Below are positions 16,590 to 24,385 of a stretch of 64,000 bases of DNA, piece after piece. The stretch is from positions 156,956-220,955 of the forward strand of contig JAYKJE010000021.1 in the NCBI GenBank assembly GCA_035285805.1. The letters run 5' to 3'. The position numbers and the translations under genes are program-made. Within the stretch, counting starts at the first letter, position 1. The number at the start of each line of letters is the position of its first letter. The notes beneath the pieces are model-generated. The model searched no databases. It had not been told where the DNA came from and was given only the letters and a program-made list of their open reading frames with translations. Origin of the DNA: a bacterium (lineage in GTDB: Bacteria > Cyanobacteriota > Sericytochromatia > S15B-MN24 > UBA4093).

Positions 16590-18173
16590 GTGGCGCCGGG
16601 GCGATCGGTCTCGTTCTCCCTCCGGGTGGCATGTGCCATCCTCCTGGTCACGGGATGCACGACTGCGGTCCTTCCAGGCACGGGGTCGCCATCCCGCGGG
16701 CAGACACCATCATCGGTGGGCGAGGACGCACGTTCCGTGTCCGTCTCGGGGCAGGTTCTCGGGGAGGATGGAGTCCCCGTGGCCGGGGTGCGCATCCGGA
16801 TCTATCCGGCACCGGAGGATCCGCTCAAGACGGTGGCCCCGCTTCGCACGGTCGCTCCCCTGAAAAGCGTGGCTCCCTACCGCGCCCTCGCTGCCACCGA
16901 CGCCCGTGAGACCGTGACCGATGAGTCCGGGCAATACCGGATGGCGGGGCTTGCCGGGGGGCCCTGGGCCGTGCTGGCCGAGCAAGGTGATCGCCTCAAG
17001 GCCTTTGCCCGGATCGAGGTGGGTGATGGCGCCCCTCCGGGCGTCTCCTTGCGCCTTCAGCCGACCGGTGGCATCCGCGGGGTGGTCACGGCACCCGACC
17101 AGCCCCTCGTGAACGATTTCACGCGGGTGGAAGTGTTCGTCCCCGGTTTACCGTACGTGGTCCGACCTTCCGAGAACGGGACCTTCCTGATCACCGGATT
17201 GCCCGTCGGAGATCACGTGCTGCGCGCTTACCGCGAGGGCCTCGGTGAGGCCGGACGGGGCGAGGTCAGGGTCGAACCCGGCGGGGTCACGGACGTCGGG
17301 GCGATGGTGCTCACCCGGAGGGTGCCGCGTCTGACTCGCCTCGATCCCCCGTACGTGCCAGAAGGCGGCGTCTTGCGGCTGGTCGGCGAGAACCTGGGCA
17401 TCCAGACGGGAGATCCCTTCCAGGTGTACATCGACGGGAAGGTCGTCCGTGGCGCCAGGGCCATCGATGCGGCCACGATCGAGGTGCCAGTCACGTCGGG
17501 CGTGGCTTCCGGCAAGGTCTTCGTCACGGTGGGCTCCCTCGAGAGCAACGAACTGCCGTTCCAGAAGATCGTCGACCTCGCGATCGGCGTTCCGGACGGT
17601 GCTCTCGCCCTGTCGCTCGGGCAAACGCGACGGATTCCCACCGCCATCGGGATTCCGGACGATGGCTACGAACCGGTACACCTGGCCGTCGGTCCGGTCT
17701 GGACCCTCTCGGGAACCGCGGCTACCATGGACGCGGATCGGGTGCTGCGGGCGGTCCGGGAGGGGGACGGCGAACTCTCCCTCACGTGGGGGGAGCTCCG
17801 GGCCACCCGGAACATTCGCGTGTATCCGTCGGATTCGTGGACACCCTCTGCGCTCGTCGGGCAGCATCTCGTCTTGGGGGATGACGATGGACCCGCGGAT
17901 CGAGCGTTCCTGCGCGGCCCGTCGCAACTCGTCTTCGATGCTCGCGGGCGTCTCATCCTCGCAGATGAAAACCCTTCGGAAGACGGCGAGACCTTCGACC
18001 CCGGTCCGGAGGCGAGCCGGCTTCGCATCCTGGACGATGGGGTCCTGCGCCCCTGGAGCGTGCACCTCCCGGGCGGAGAGCCCTTCTCGTTCGTTCAACC
18101 TCGCGGCATGGCCTCGCGCCGGACGGTGGCGTGCTGGTCGCAGACGCCGGTTTGCAGCAAGTCTACCGCGTGA
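16590..18173 (+). CDS. lipoprotein with two CarboxypepD_reg-like domains, an IPT/TIG domain and NHL repeats (5' portion; reading frame appears disrupted near 18110)
   Basis: GTG start 2 nt after the rSAM stop. Signal peptide with lipobox LLVTGC. Motifs VSGQVLGEDGVPVAGVRIRIY, TDESGQYRMAGL (CarboxypepD_reg), GGVLRLVGENLG (TIG), and PSQLVFDARGRLILAD (NHL). The track's ATG at 16458 lies inside the rSAM gene. Confidence 0.7.
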   Translation: MAPGRSVSFSLRVACAILLVTGCTTAVLPGTGSPSRGQTPSSVGEDARSVSVSGQVLGEDGVPVAGVRIRIYPAPEDPLKTVAPLRTVAPLKSVAPYRALAATDARETVTDESGQYRMAGLAGGPWAVLAEQGDRLKAFARIEVGDGAPPGVSLRLQPTGGIRGVVTAPDQPLVNDFTRVEVFVPGLPYVVRPSENGTFLITGLPVGDHVLRAYREGLGEAGRGEVRVEPGGVTDVGAMVLTRRVPRLTRLDPPYVPEGGVLRLVGENLGIQTGDPFQVYIDGKVVRGARAIDAATIEVPVTSGVASGKVFVTVGSLESNELPFQKIVDLAIGVPDGALALSLGQTRRIPTAIGIPDDGYEPVHLAVGPVWTLSGTAATMDADRVLRAVREGDGELSLTWGELRATRNIRVYPSDSWTPSALVGQHLVLGDDDGPADRAFLRGPSQLVFDARGRLILADENPSEDGETFDPGPEASRLRILDDGVLRPWSVHLPGGEPFSFVQPRGMASRRTVACWSQTPVCSKSTA

Positions 18174-18850
18174 GTGCCGACGGCGAGGTGACCCTCGTGG
18201 CCGGATCGGGCGATGAAGGCTTCACGGACGGGCCGGCACTCGCGGCGCGTTTCTCGAATCCCTGGGCGATCGCCGTGGCGTCCGATGGCCGGATCGCCGT
18301 GAGCGATCTCGGCAACCATCGCATCCGGCTCATCGTGAACGGGGCCGTCTCGACTCTTGCCGGGACGGGTCAGGATGCGCTCGTCGATGGGCCTGTCGGA
18401 ACGGGGTGCCTGCATCAGCCGTACGGGCTGGCATGGGCTCCTGATGGCGTCCTCTGGAGCTCGGATGTGGGGGGGAACTGCCTGCGAACCATCGATCCAG
18501 CGGGCGACATCCGGACCGTCAGCCGCAAGGTGGGGCTACTCGACGGGCCCCTGCTCGATGCCCTGTTTGCGTCTCCCACGGCTGAAGGTCCGCTCGGCGA
18601 GGTCGATTTTCGCTGGCCATACGGCATCCGTTTCGACCGGGAGGGCACACTCTGGGTCTGCGACTGGCAGAGTACCCTGATCCGGCGCGTGAAGGACGGC
18701 CTCGTGTCGACCGTCAAGAGACGGGACAGGGAGTTCGTCGAAGGCTTGCCCTTTCAGGGAATCACGGGGAACTACGCGATCGACTTCGATCCGGACGGTC
18801 ACGCGGTCGTCAACAACGTCTGGTGGCACACGATCATCCGTCTGCAGTGA
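18131..18850 (+). CDS. NHL-repeat protein, probably the 3' continuation of the 16590 lipoprotein gene after a frameshift
   Basis: NHL repeats (APDGGVLVADAGLQQVYRV, PWAIAVASDGRIAVSDLGNHRIRLI, PYGLAWAPDGVLWSSDVGGNCLR, PYGIRFDREGTLWVCDWQSTLIRRV). The frame is open upstream to 17969 and, joined with the upstream frame, reconstitutes a perfect NHL repeat. Confidence 0.65.
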   Translation: MLVADAGLQQVYRVSADGEVTLVAGSGDEGFTDGPALAARFSNPWAIAVASDGRIAVSDLGNHRIRLIVNGAVSTLAGTGQDALVDGPVGTGCLHQPYGLAWAPDGVLWSSDVGGNCLRTIDPAGDIRTVSRKVGLLDGPLLDALFASPTAEGPLGEVDFRWPYGIRFDREGTLWVCDWQSTLIRRVKDGLVSTVKRRDREFVEGLPFQGITGNYAIDFDPDGHAVVNNVWWHTIIRLQ

Positions 18851-18856
18851 CAGGTC

Positions 18857-19861
18857 TCAGGTTGCCGAGCGCACGACCAGGTAGCTCTTGACGAGGCGTC
18901 CGTCCGTGCGAGTCTCGGCCTTGCCTGGGACGAGCATGTGGCTCGAACCCCCACCGTCGAGTGCGTAGGCTTCCACGGCGCCGAGGCGCTTCAGCAGGAG
19001 CGCGCCCTCGGCCATGTTGCCGCCGGCCCCGCGATTGCTGCCCTCGCCCAGCGTCACGGCCAGGAGTCGTCCCTGGGCATCGAGCCCCACGAAGGTCCGG
19101 GCGATCGAACTGGCCAGGTCGACGTTCGGGAAGCTCCGGTCGGCCACGCCCCGGTCGAGCCGAGCCCGGAATGCGCCGGTTTCGACGTCGCGTTCGAGCC
19201 GCACGGCCTCTTCGGGACCGAACAGGCGCCCCAGGCCACCGATGAAGCCCTTCACGTCCTGGCGAGCCAGACCCGACTCGACCAGCCCACCCTTCACGAA
19301 CCGGAGGCTGCCATCCTCGAGGGAGGCCAGAGACCAGCGGCGATCGCTGATCTGGTCGTAGCCGCGATTGGGATTGTCCTCGTCGAGAACCGCTTTCCCC
19401 AGGCCCACCAGATCGCCGTAGGTGGCTTCGCCCTGACCCATGCCGAAGAAGGTCGCGTTGACGGCAGCGAGCATGCCCGGAATCTGCCGGATCGCCGAGG
19501 GGGGGACGCCCGTCTTGCCGTCGTAGAAGCCGGCTTCTACCTTCACCTGCCGGGGATCGATCAGCAGCACCCGTGCCAGGGAGCCGTCCGCGGTGCGACG
19601 GGTATCATCCAGCCAGAGGCCCGGGACGACCTCGACCCGCTTGCGGGTGAAGCCCATGAAGCCCCCCATCCAGTCCATGAACCGGAGCACGGGAGAGGGC
19701 CATTCGAAGCGAAGCAACCGTTCGCGCGTGCTCTGGCTCGTTCCGAAGCGAGCGATGTCGCGGGCGGGGGCGCTGGCTGCCCGGAAAGACCCTCCGGACG
19801 CTCGTGGGGCTACTCCTGACGGATGGGCTGTCCGGGGCGGGGCATCGAGACGGGACACCAT
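18857..19861 (-). CDS. phosphodiester glycosidase family protein (NAGPA/DUF2233-like)
   Basis: Family-typical LDGGGSS motif and FFGMGQGEATYGDLVG region. Start uncertain (the N-terminus of the ORF is Arg/Ala-rich, so an internal Met start is likely). Confidence 0.65.
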   Translation of the reverse strand: MVSRLDAPPRTAHPSGVAPRASGGSFRAASAPARDIARFGTSQSTRERLLRFEWPSPVLRFMDWMGGFMGFTRKRVEVVPGLWLDDTRRTADGSLARVLLIDPRQVKVEAGFYDGKTGVPPSAIRQIPGMLAAVNATFFGMGQGEATYGDLVGLGKAVLDEDNPNRGYDQISDRRWSLASLEDGSLRFVKGGLVESGLARQDVKGFIGGLGRLFGPEEAVRLERDVETGAFRARLDRGVADRSFPNVDLASSIARTFVGLDAQGRLLAVTLGEGSNRGAGGNMAEGALLLKRLGAVEAYALDGGGSSHMLVPGKAETRTDGRLVKSYLVVRSAT

Positions 19862-19947
19862 GCGGGACGACCTCCGGATTCAACGAACCTTCACGCCGTC
19901 TTATCTATCGCACACTCTCCCGGTGATCTTGCCTCCCGGAATTCACG

Positions 19948-19983
19948 CGGCGAGCCGGTTTCCGTCAGGAAACCGGCTCGCCG
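19948..19983. terminator. perfect 16-bp inverted repeat hairpin (CGGCGAGCCGGTTTCC-gtcag-GGAAACCGGCTCGCCG) between the glycosidase and grxD genes
   Basis: Seen directly in sequence. No flanking U-tract on either strand. Likely a transcription stop or RNA-stability element downstream of grxD. Confidence 0.4.
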
Positions 19984-20006
19984 GGAATCGCAGGGGCGTG
20001 ACGTGC

Positions 20007-20375
20007 TCAGGCGGGGTTCTTCTCGAAGGCCGCCTTGAGGACTTCCACGATCTCACCGGATTCGGCCATCGGATCGAGGATGTCCGTATCACCGTAGAAC
20101 TCGCCACCGATGAACACCTTGGGGAGCGTTGGCCAGTCGGTCATGCGCGAGAGGAGGTTGCGCTTCGGCATGTTGTGCAGGATGTCGATGACCTTGAACG
20201 GATGACCGTACCGCTCGAAGTAGACGACCGTCTCGCGGGTGAAGCCGCACATGGGCATCTCGCGCGTGCCCTTGCCGTAGATGAGGACCGTGTTCTCGGC
20301 GACCTCGCGACGGATCTCGGCTTCGAGGACGTCCTCGGAAACCGTGGGGGCCATCTTGAAGAGTTCTTCGCTCAT
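20007..20375 (-). CDS. grxD: monothiol glutaredoxin (Grx4/GrxD family)
   Basis: CGFT active site in place of the classical CGFS, and a GG motif. GGAAGG ribosome-binding site upstream of the ATG at 20375. The classic bolA-grxD pair. Confidence 0.85.
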   Translation of the reverse strand: MSEELFKMAPTVSEDVLEAEIRREVAENTVLIYGKGTREMPMCGFTRETVVYFERYGHPFKVIDILHNMPKRNLLSRMTDWPTLPKVFIGGEFYGDTDILDPMAESGEIVEVLKAAFEKNPA

Positions 20376-20425
20376 GAGGGGGACCTTCCTCTGAAGGGGG
20401 GTGGGCGAGGGGAGGGGCGAGCCGC

Positions 20426-20665
20426 TCAACCTTCGGACCGGGGAATCGCCCGGATCTCGAGGGCGTGGATGCGCCCATCTTCCATCGGTTCACGGAGGGC
20501 GGCGTACACGAGCCGCTGGCGGTCGAGGGGTTTGACGCCGGTGAAGGCGGATGACGTGACGGCCACCCGGAAGTGATCCGACATGCCCGTCTTGTCGAGG
20601 ACCTCGACCTCGGCATCGGGCATGGCGGCGCGGATGTGGGCGGCGAGTTCCTCGGGCGCGATCAT
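20426..20665 (-). CDS. bolA: BolA family protein
   Basis: 79 aa, BolA-like helix-turn-helix region (SDHFRVAVTSSAFTG). Overlaps the grxD start by 4 nt. Confidence 0.8.
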   Translation of the reverse strand: MIAPEELAAHIRAAMPDAEVEVLDKTGMSDHFRVAVTSSAFTGVKPLDRQRLVYAALREPMEDGRIHALEIRAIPRSEG

Positions 20666-20817
20666 CGGGGCGCTTCCTTCCGTGCTGGATGCGATCGTGG
20701 CGTGTGCCAGCGTTCATGGTAAGGACCGGTGGTGCCCGTGTCAAAGGTCGGGGTGAGGCGGCCTCGCGGCCCTTGCGCGGATGCCGCTCTTCCGCTACAG
20801 TAGATGAGCGTGCTCTG

Positions 20818-20893
20818 GCGCTCGTAGCTCAGGGGATAGAGCAGCCGCCTTCTAAGCGGCTGGTCGCTGGTTCGAATCCAGCCGGGCGCGCCA
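20818..20893 (+). tRNA. tRNA-Arg (anticodon TCT)
   Basis: Acceptor GCGCTCG/CGGGCGC, anticodon stem-loop GCCGC-CTTCTAA-GCGGC, T-arm GCTGGTTCGAATCCAGC, CCA encoded. Confidence 0.85.
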
Positions 20894-20907
20894 GACTCTC
20901 GATTCAT

Positions 20908-20981
20908 GGTGGGTGTAGCCAAGTGGTTAAGGCACTGGGTTGTGGTTCCAGCATACGTGGGTTCGATTCCCATCATCCACC
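20908..20981 (+). tRNA. tRNA-His (anticodon GTG) with encoded G-1
   Basis: G-1 plus acceptor GTGGGTG/CATCCAC, anticodon stem-loop CTGGG-TTGTGGT-TCCAG, T-arm GTGGGTTCGATTCCCAT, discriminator C. Confidence 0.85.
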
Positions 20982-21050
20982 CCTCGAGAAGCCCTGACTC
21001 CAGTCAGGGCTTCTTCCCTTGTCTTGCGCGTACATGGAAAGGATCCCCGC

Positions 21051-21548
21051 ATGTTCAGAGCCCTCGGTCTCGCCTGCCTTCTCGCCGTGGGCCTCGGAGC
21101 CCCGGCCTGGTCCTATCCGAAGATCGCGCCGGATTTCACGCTGCCGCGCAGCGGAGATGCCCGCCCTGTCAGCCTGAGCGACTTCAAGGGCAAGGTCCGT
21201 CTGGTCAACTTCTGGGCCACCTGGTGCCCACCCTGTCGTGCCGAGATTCCGGCTTTCATCGAGCTGCGCCACCAGCTCGCGGGCAGACCCTTCGAGATCA
21301 TCGGCATCGCGCTCGACCGTGAAGGCGACGAGGCGGTCAGCCCCTTCATCCGTGAACATGGGATGGATTATCCCGTCGTGATCGGAGATTCCGGCGTCAC
21401 CCGTGCCTACGGCGGGATCCGAGGTATTCCGACCACCTTTCTCCTGGATCGTCAGGGCAAGGTCGTCCACCGCTGGGTGGGGCCGCCCGGCGGCGAAGAG
21501 GCTGCGATCATCCCCACGCTGATGCAGCACATCAAGCCGCTCCTCTGA
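21051..21548 (+). CDS. TlpA/ResA-like thiol:disulfide oxidoreductase (thioredoxin fold), secreted
   Basis: Signal peptide MFRALGLACLLAVGLGAPAWS. WCPPC active site. GGAAAGGA ribosome-binding site. The upstream part of the ORF track entry overlaps tRNA-His and is not coding. Confidence 0.8.
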   Translation: MFRALGLACLLAVGLGAPAWSYPKIAPDFTLPRSGDARPVSLSDFKGKVRLVNFWATWCPPCRAEIPAFIELRHQLAGRPFEIIGIALDREGDEAVSPFIREHGMDYPVVIGDSGVTRAYGGIRGIPTTFLLDRQGKVVHRWVGPPGGEEAAIIPTLMQHIKPLL

Positions 21549-22084
21549 TGCTGATACCCCTCTCTTCCGTCCTGGCGGCTGCGGCGCCTCCGGCCTCCCC
21601 CTCTGCTCCGTCCGCGGCGGCACTTCATCAGCCCGCCACCCTCCTGCTGAAGCACGGAGCCTGGGAAGCCTTCTTGCGCCCGGTTGCGGCACGACCCGAT
21701 ATCCTGTTCGATCGCGGAGTCGAGGTCGAGGGGCCCGATGACGCGGGCGAGGGCCGGCATTTTCTCCTGAAGGGTTACGCGCCCTTCGAGGGGGGGATCG
21801 ATCTGTACACGGACTCCCGCGGTTTCGTGACCGAGGGCGTGTTTTACCTGGTGGCCGGTCCCCTGTACCTCCAGTCCCAGATCGACGAGGCGTGCAAGCA
21901 GGGTTCCCCCTGGACGCTCTCCGATCTCGAGACCGTCTATGGTCCCCCTGACACCCGCGGAGTGGCGAAACGAACGGGGGCAACGTTCGCCACCTGGAAG
22001 CGCGGGGCTCATCTCTTGCGCGTGCAGACCCTTCCGGGTTCCGCCGGGGTGCATCGCCTCGAGGTCACCCGGGATGCCTTCTGA
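21548..22084 (+). CDS. hypothetical secreted protein (178 aa)
   Basis: Start overlaps the upstream stop (TGATG). Ala/Pro-rich, N-terminus looks like a signal peptide. Confidence 0.45.
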   Translation: MLIPLSSVLAAAAPPASPSAPSAAALHQPATLLLKHGAWEAFLRPVAARPDILFDRGVEVEGPDDAGEGRHFLLKGYAPFEGGIDLYTDSRGFVTEGVFYLVAGPLYLQSQIDEACKQGSPWTLSDLETVYGPPDTRGVAKRTGATFATWKRGAHLLRVQTLPGSAGVHRLEVTRDAF

Positions 22085-22241
22085 GCACCTGGCCAGTGGG
22101 CTCCACTATCTTGAGCGTATATTTCTTCAAGGTTAACCGTCGCTTGAGGTTCAGGGCGTCAGCCCTTCAGGTGCCTGGTGGATAGATGTTGATCGGCGTC
22201 GCCTTGCGCCGTCGGGGAACCGGATGGTATCGTGAGGACGT

Positions 22242-22314
22242 GCGCCTGTAGCTCAGTGGATAGAGCGCTTGCCTCCGGAGCAAGAAGTCGCAAGTTCGAG
22301 TCTTGCCAGGCGCG
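22242..22314 (+). tRNA. tRNA-Arg (anticodon CCG)
   Basis: Acceptor GCGCCTG/CAGGCGC (perfect), D-stem GCTC/GAGC, anticodon stem-loop CTTGC-CTCCGGA-GCAAG, T-arm GCAAGTTCGAGTCTTGC. Confidence 0.85.
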
Positions 22315-22323
22315 CTGTGCGAG

Positions 22324-22362
22324 GTCCAGCCTTCGAAAGGAGGCTGGACCTTCGTCTTTTGG
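22324..22362 (+). terminator. rho-independent terminator-like hairpin GGTCCAGCCT-tcgaaagg-AGGCTGGACC plus TTCGTCTTTT
   Basis: 10-bp perfect stem followed by a T-rich tract directly after tRNA-Arg(CCG). Confidence 0.6.
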
Positions 22363-22951
22363 GCCGCGTTCACCGGACGTCCTGGCCCGGGATGTTTTCC
22401 TCGCGTTGCGTCCCTGGCAAATCTTGATGTCTTTCCCCGGCAGAAGCCCGAGTCGGGGAATACGAAACTCGGGTTCACGGTCCAATGGCGGACCAACCGG
22501 AGAGGGGCGACCCGATGGACGTCCGGAGCAAGCAAGGCGCGATGGCGCGTCAGCTGTGGCAGGAATTGCAGGACTCGACCTTGCAGGCCGGTCAGGCGCG
22601 CCGGCGAGAGCGCGCAGACGCCCTCGAGGCCAGGGAACGATCTTCCGGGACGGCCTCGAACCGGCCGGGAGCGGCTCCCGGCCCCGCGGGAGCCGCGGCG
22701 ACCAGGCCAGAAGCTCCGGGCCAGCTTTCTGCCGGGACCCGGTCCGGGGCCGGGGGGGCGCGCCCGCAGGTGCCCGAAATCCCCCGTCAACGTGAGGCGA
22801 CTGAAATCTCGGGTACGGCCAGCCCCGCGCTCAGAGCTTACCGGGCTGCCATGACGGGCGGCATGGTCCCGCACCAGTGGGACCTTCAGGCCTGAGCCCA
22901 CCGCGGTGTACCTGGACGCCGCGATGGGCTTGCGGGCGTGGCCCGTACGGA

Positions 22952-23518
22952 TCAGCGAACGTGCGGGACCGGGAAGGTGTCGAGGTCGAACAAGTAGTTC
23001 TTGCCGTCATTCGAGTCCCAGGTCAGGTAGCCATGACGGTCCGCACCGAAGAACGCAAACTCGATGTGAAGCGGGTTGTCCTGGGTGAGGGCCTGACGGA
23101 ACCGCTCGTCCATGCGGAAAGCCGTCGGATCCCCTTCGAATCCTTTGACCCGGCTGAGCATCGCCTGCGGCTTCTCGATCACCTCACCGCTTTCCATCAC
23201 CAGCCGGACATAGGCATAGATGATGTCGCGCTGCCCGAAGAAGTTCGTGCGGTCCGTGTAACGCATGAGGATCCGACCATCCGGATCGAGTCCGCGGTTG
23301 TAGTCGAACTTCGGCATCGTGAAATCGAGGTCGAGCTGGTTACCGGTGGTGGTCGGCAGGCGCATCTGCCAGCGATGGGTGTCGGGAGTGACGGCGCTGG
23401 CGTTCATCTTGGTCCCGGCGGTGGGGGGCAGAGAGGGCATCAGCCCGCATCCGGTCAGCATCACGAGGGCAGCGGGGGGCAGGGCACGGCGGAACACGCA
23501 TACTCCGATCTTCAGCAA
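22952..23518 (-). CDS. hypothetical lipoprotein (188 aa)
   Basis: Signal peptide with lipobox LVMLTGC. No other motif recognised. Confidence 0.55.
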   Translation of the reverse strand: MLKIGVCVFRRALPPAALVMLTGCGLMPSLPPTAGTKMNASAVTPDTHRWQMRLPTTTGNQLDLDFTMPKFDYNRGLDPDGRILMRYTDRTNFFGQRDIIYAYVRLVMESGEVIEKPQAMLSRVKGFEGDPTAFRMDERFRQALTQDNPLHIEFAFFGADRHGYLTWDSNDGKNYLFDLDTFPVPHVR

Positions 23519-23600
23519 GGCTTTACCATATCTTTATAGATGCAAGGTGGGTGATCTTGCGCAACCGCGTGAGCGCCTCCGGGGTGAAAGGAGCCAGCGC

Positions 23601-24215
23601 GTGAAGGTCGTACTGTTCGGTGCCACGGGGCGGACGGGGCGCCTGCTGCTCGAGGGGGCCGTCCAGCGCGGCTGGACGGTCACGGCAGCGGTGCGGGAGC
23701 CTGGAAAGCTCGAGCCCGTCCCCCCGGGCGTCGAGGTGGTCCGCATCGAGGCACGGGACGGCGAATCCATCGCGCGGGCGATCGCCGGTCAGGAGGTCGT
23801 CCTCAGCGCGCTCGGGGGTGAGGGGCTCTCCCGGTCGGACGTCCTTGCCACCGCGATGCGATACATCGTGGCGGGCATGAACGCCCACGGGGTCCAGCGG
23901 ATCGTCTGGATTGCCTCGGCCGGGATCGATGGCGAGATCCCGGGGCCCTTCGGCTGGCTCGTCCAGTTCATCCTGCGCCACGTGCTGGCAGACCACCGGG
24001 GTGCGGTCGAGCAACTCAGGGCGAGCAGTCTCGCCTGGACCGTGCTCAGGCCGATGGGCCTCACGGATGGGCCGCTGACCCGGAACGTCCGGCTGGCTCT
24101 CGAGGGCATTCCGCCAGGGGGGCGCAACGTCTCGCGCGCGGATGTCGCCCATGTCGTTCTCGAGGCGATCGCGCAAGCGAGCCACGTGCGTGAAGCTCCG
24201 GCCGTGTCCGGTTGA
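23601..24215 (+). CDS. NAD(P)H-binding protein, SDR/NmrA-like
   Basis: GTG start preceded by GAAAGGAG. Rossmann motif VVLFGATGRTG. The track's upstream ATG is out of context. Confidence 0.7.
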   Translation: MKVVLFGATGRTGRLLLEGAVQRGWTVTAAVREPGKLEPVPPGVEVVRIEARDGESIARAIAGQEVVLSALGGEGLSRSDVLATAMRYIVAGMNAHGVQRIVWIASAGIDGEIPGPFGWLVQFILRHVLADHRGAVEQLRASSLAWTVLRPMGLTDGPLTRNVRLALEGIPPGGRNVSRADVAHVVLEAIAQASHVREAPAVSG

Positions 24216-24385
24216 ACCTTTTCTGGTGGTTCCTGCGTGACGGGCATCATCGGCAAATTCACATTTTGGGAGGTAAAGTGCTCATGACGTGCAATGCTCC
24301 GGTGTTGCAGGGGTACACAGGGCATCAGGTAGTCGTGTCTCTTGCCGGGCTCCAGTCCCGGTGACATGGGGGTTGGGTAGTTGCC

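Noticed and set aside
15281-16795. 504-aa minus-strand ORF across the radical SAM gene
   Set aside because: Antisense to a gene with strong rSAM/B12 signatures. Translation is low-complexity.
22485-22895. 136-aa R/A/G/P-rich ORF downstream of tRNA-Arg(CCG)
   Set aside because: Low-complexity, mixed codon usage, no ribosome-binding site. Kept only as a possibility in the findings, not as a feature.
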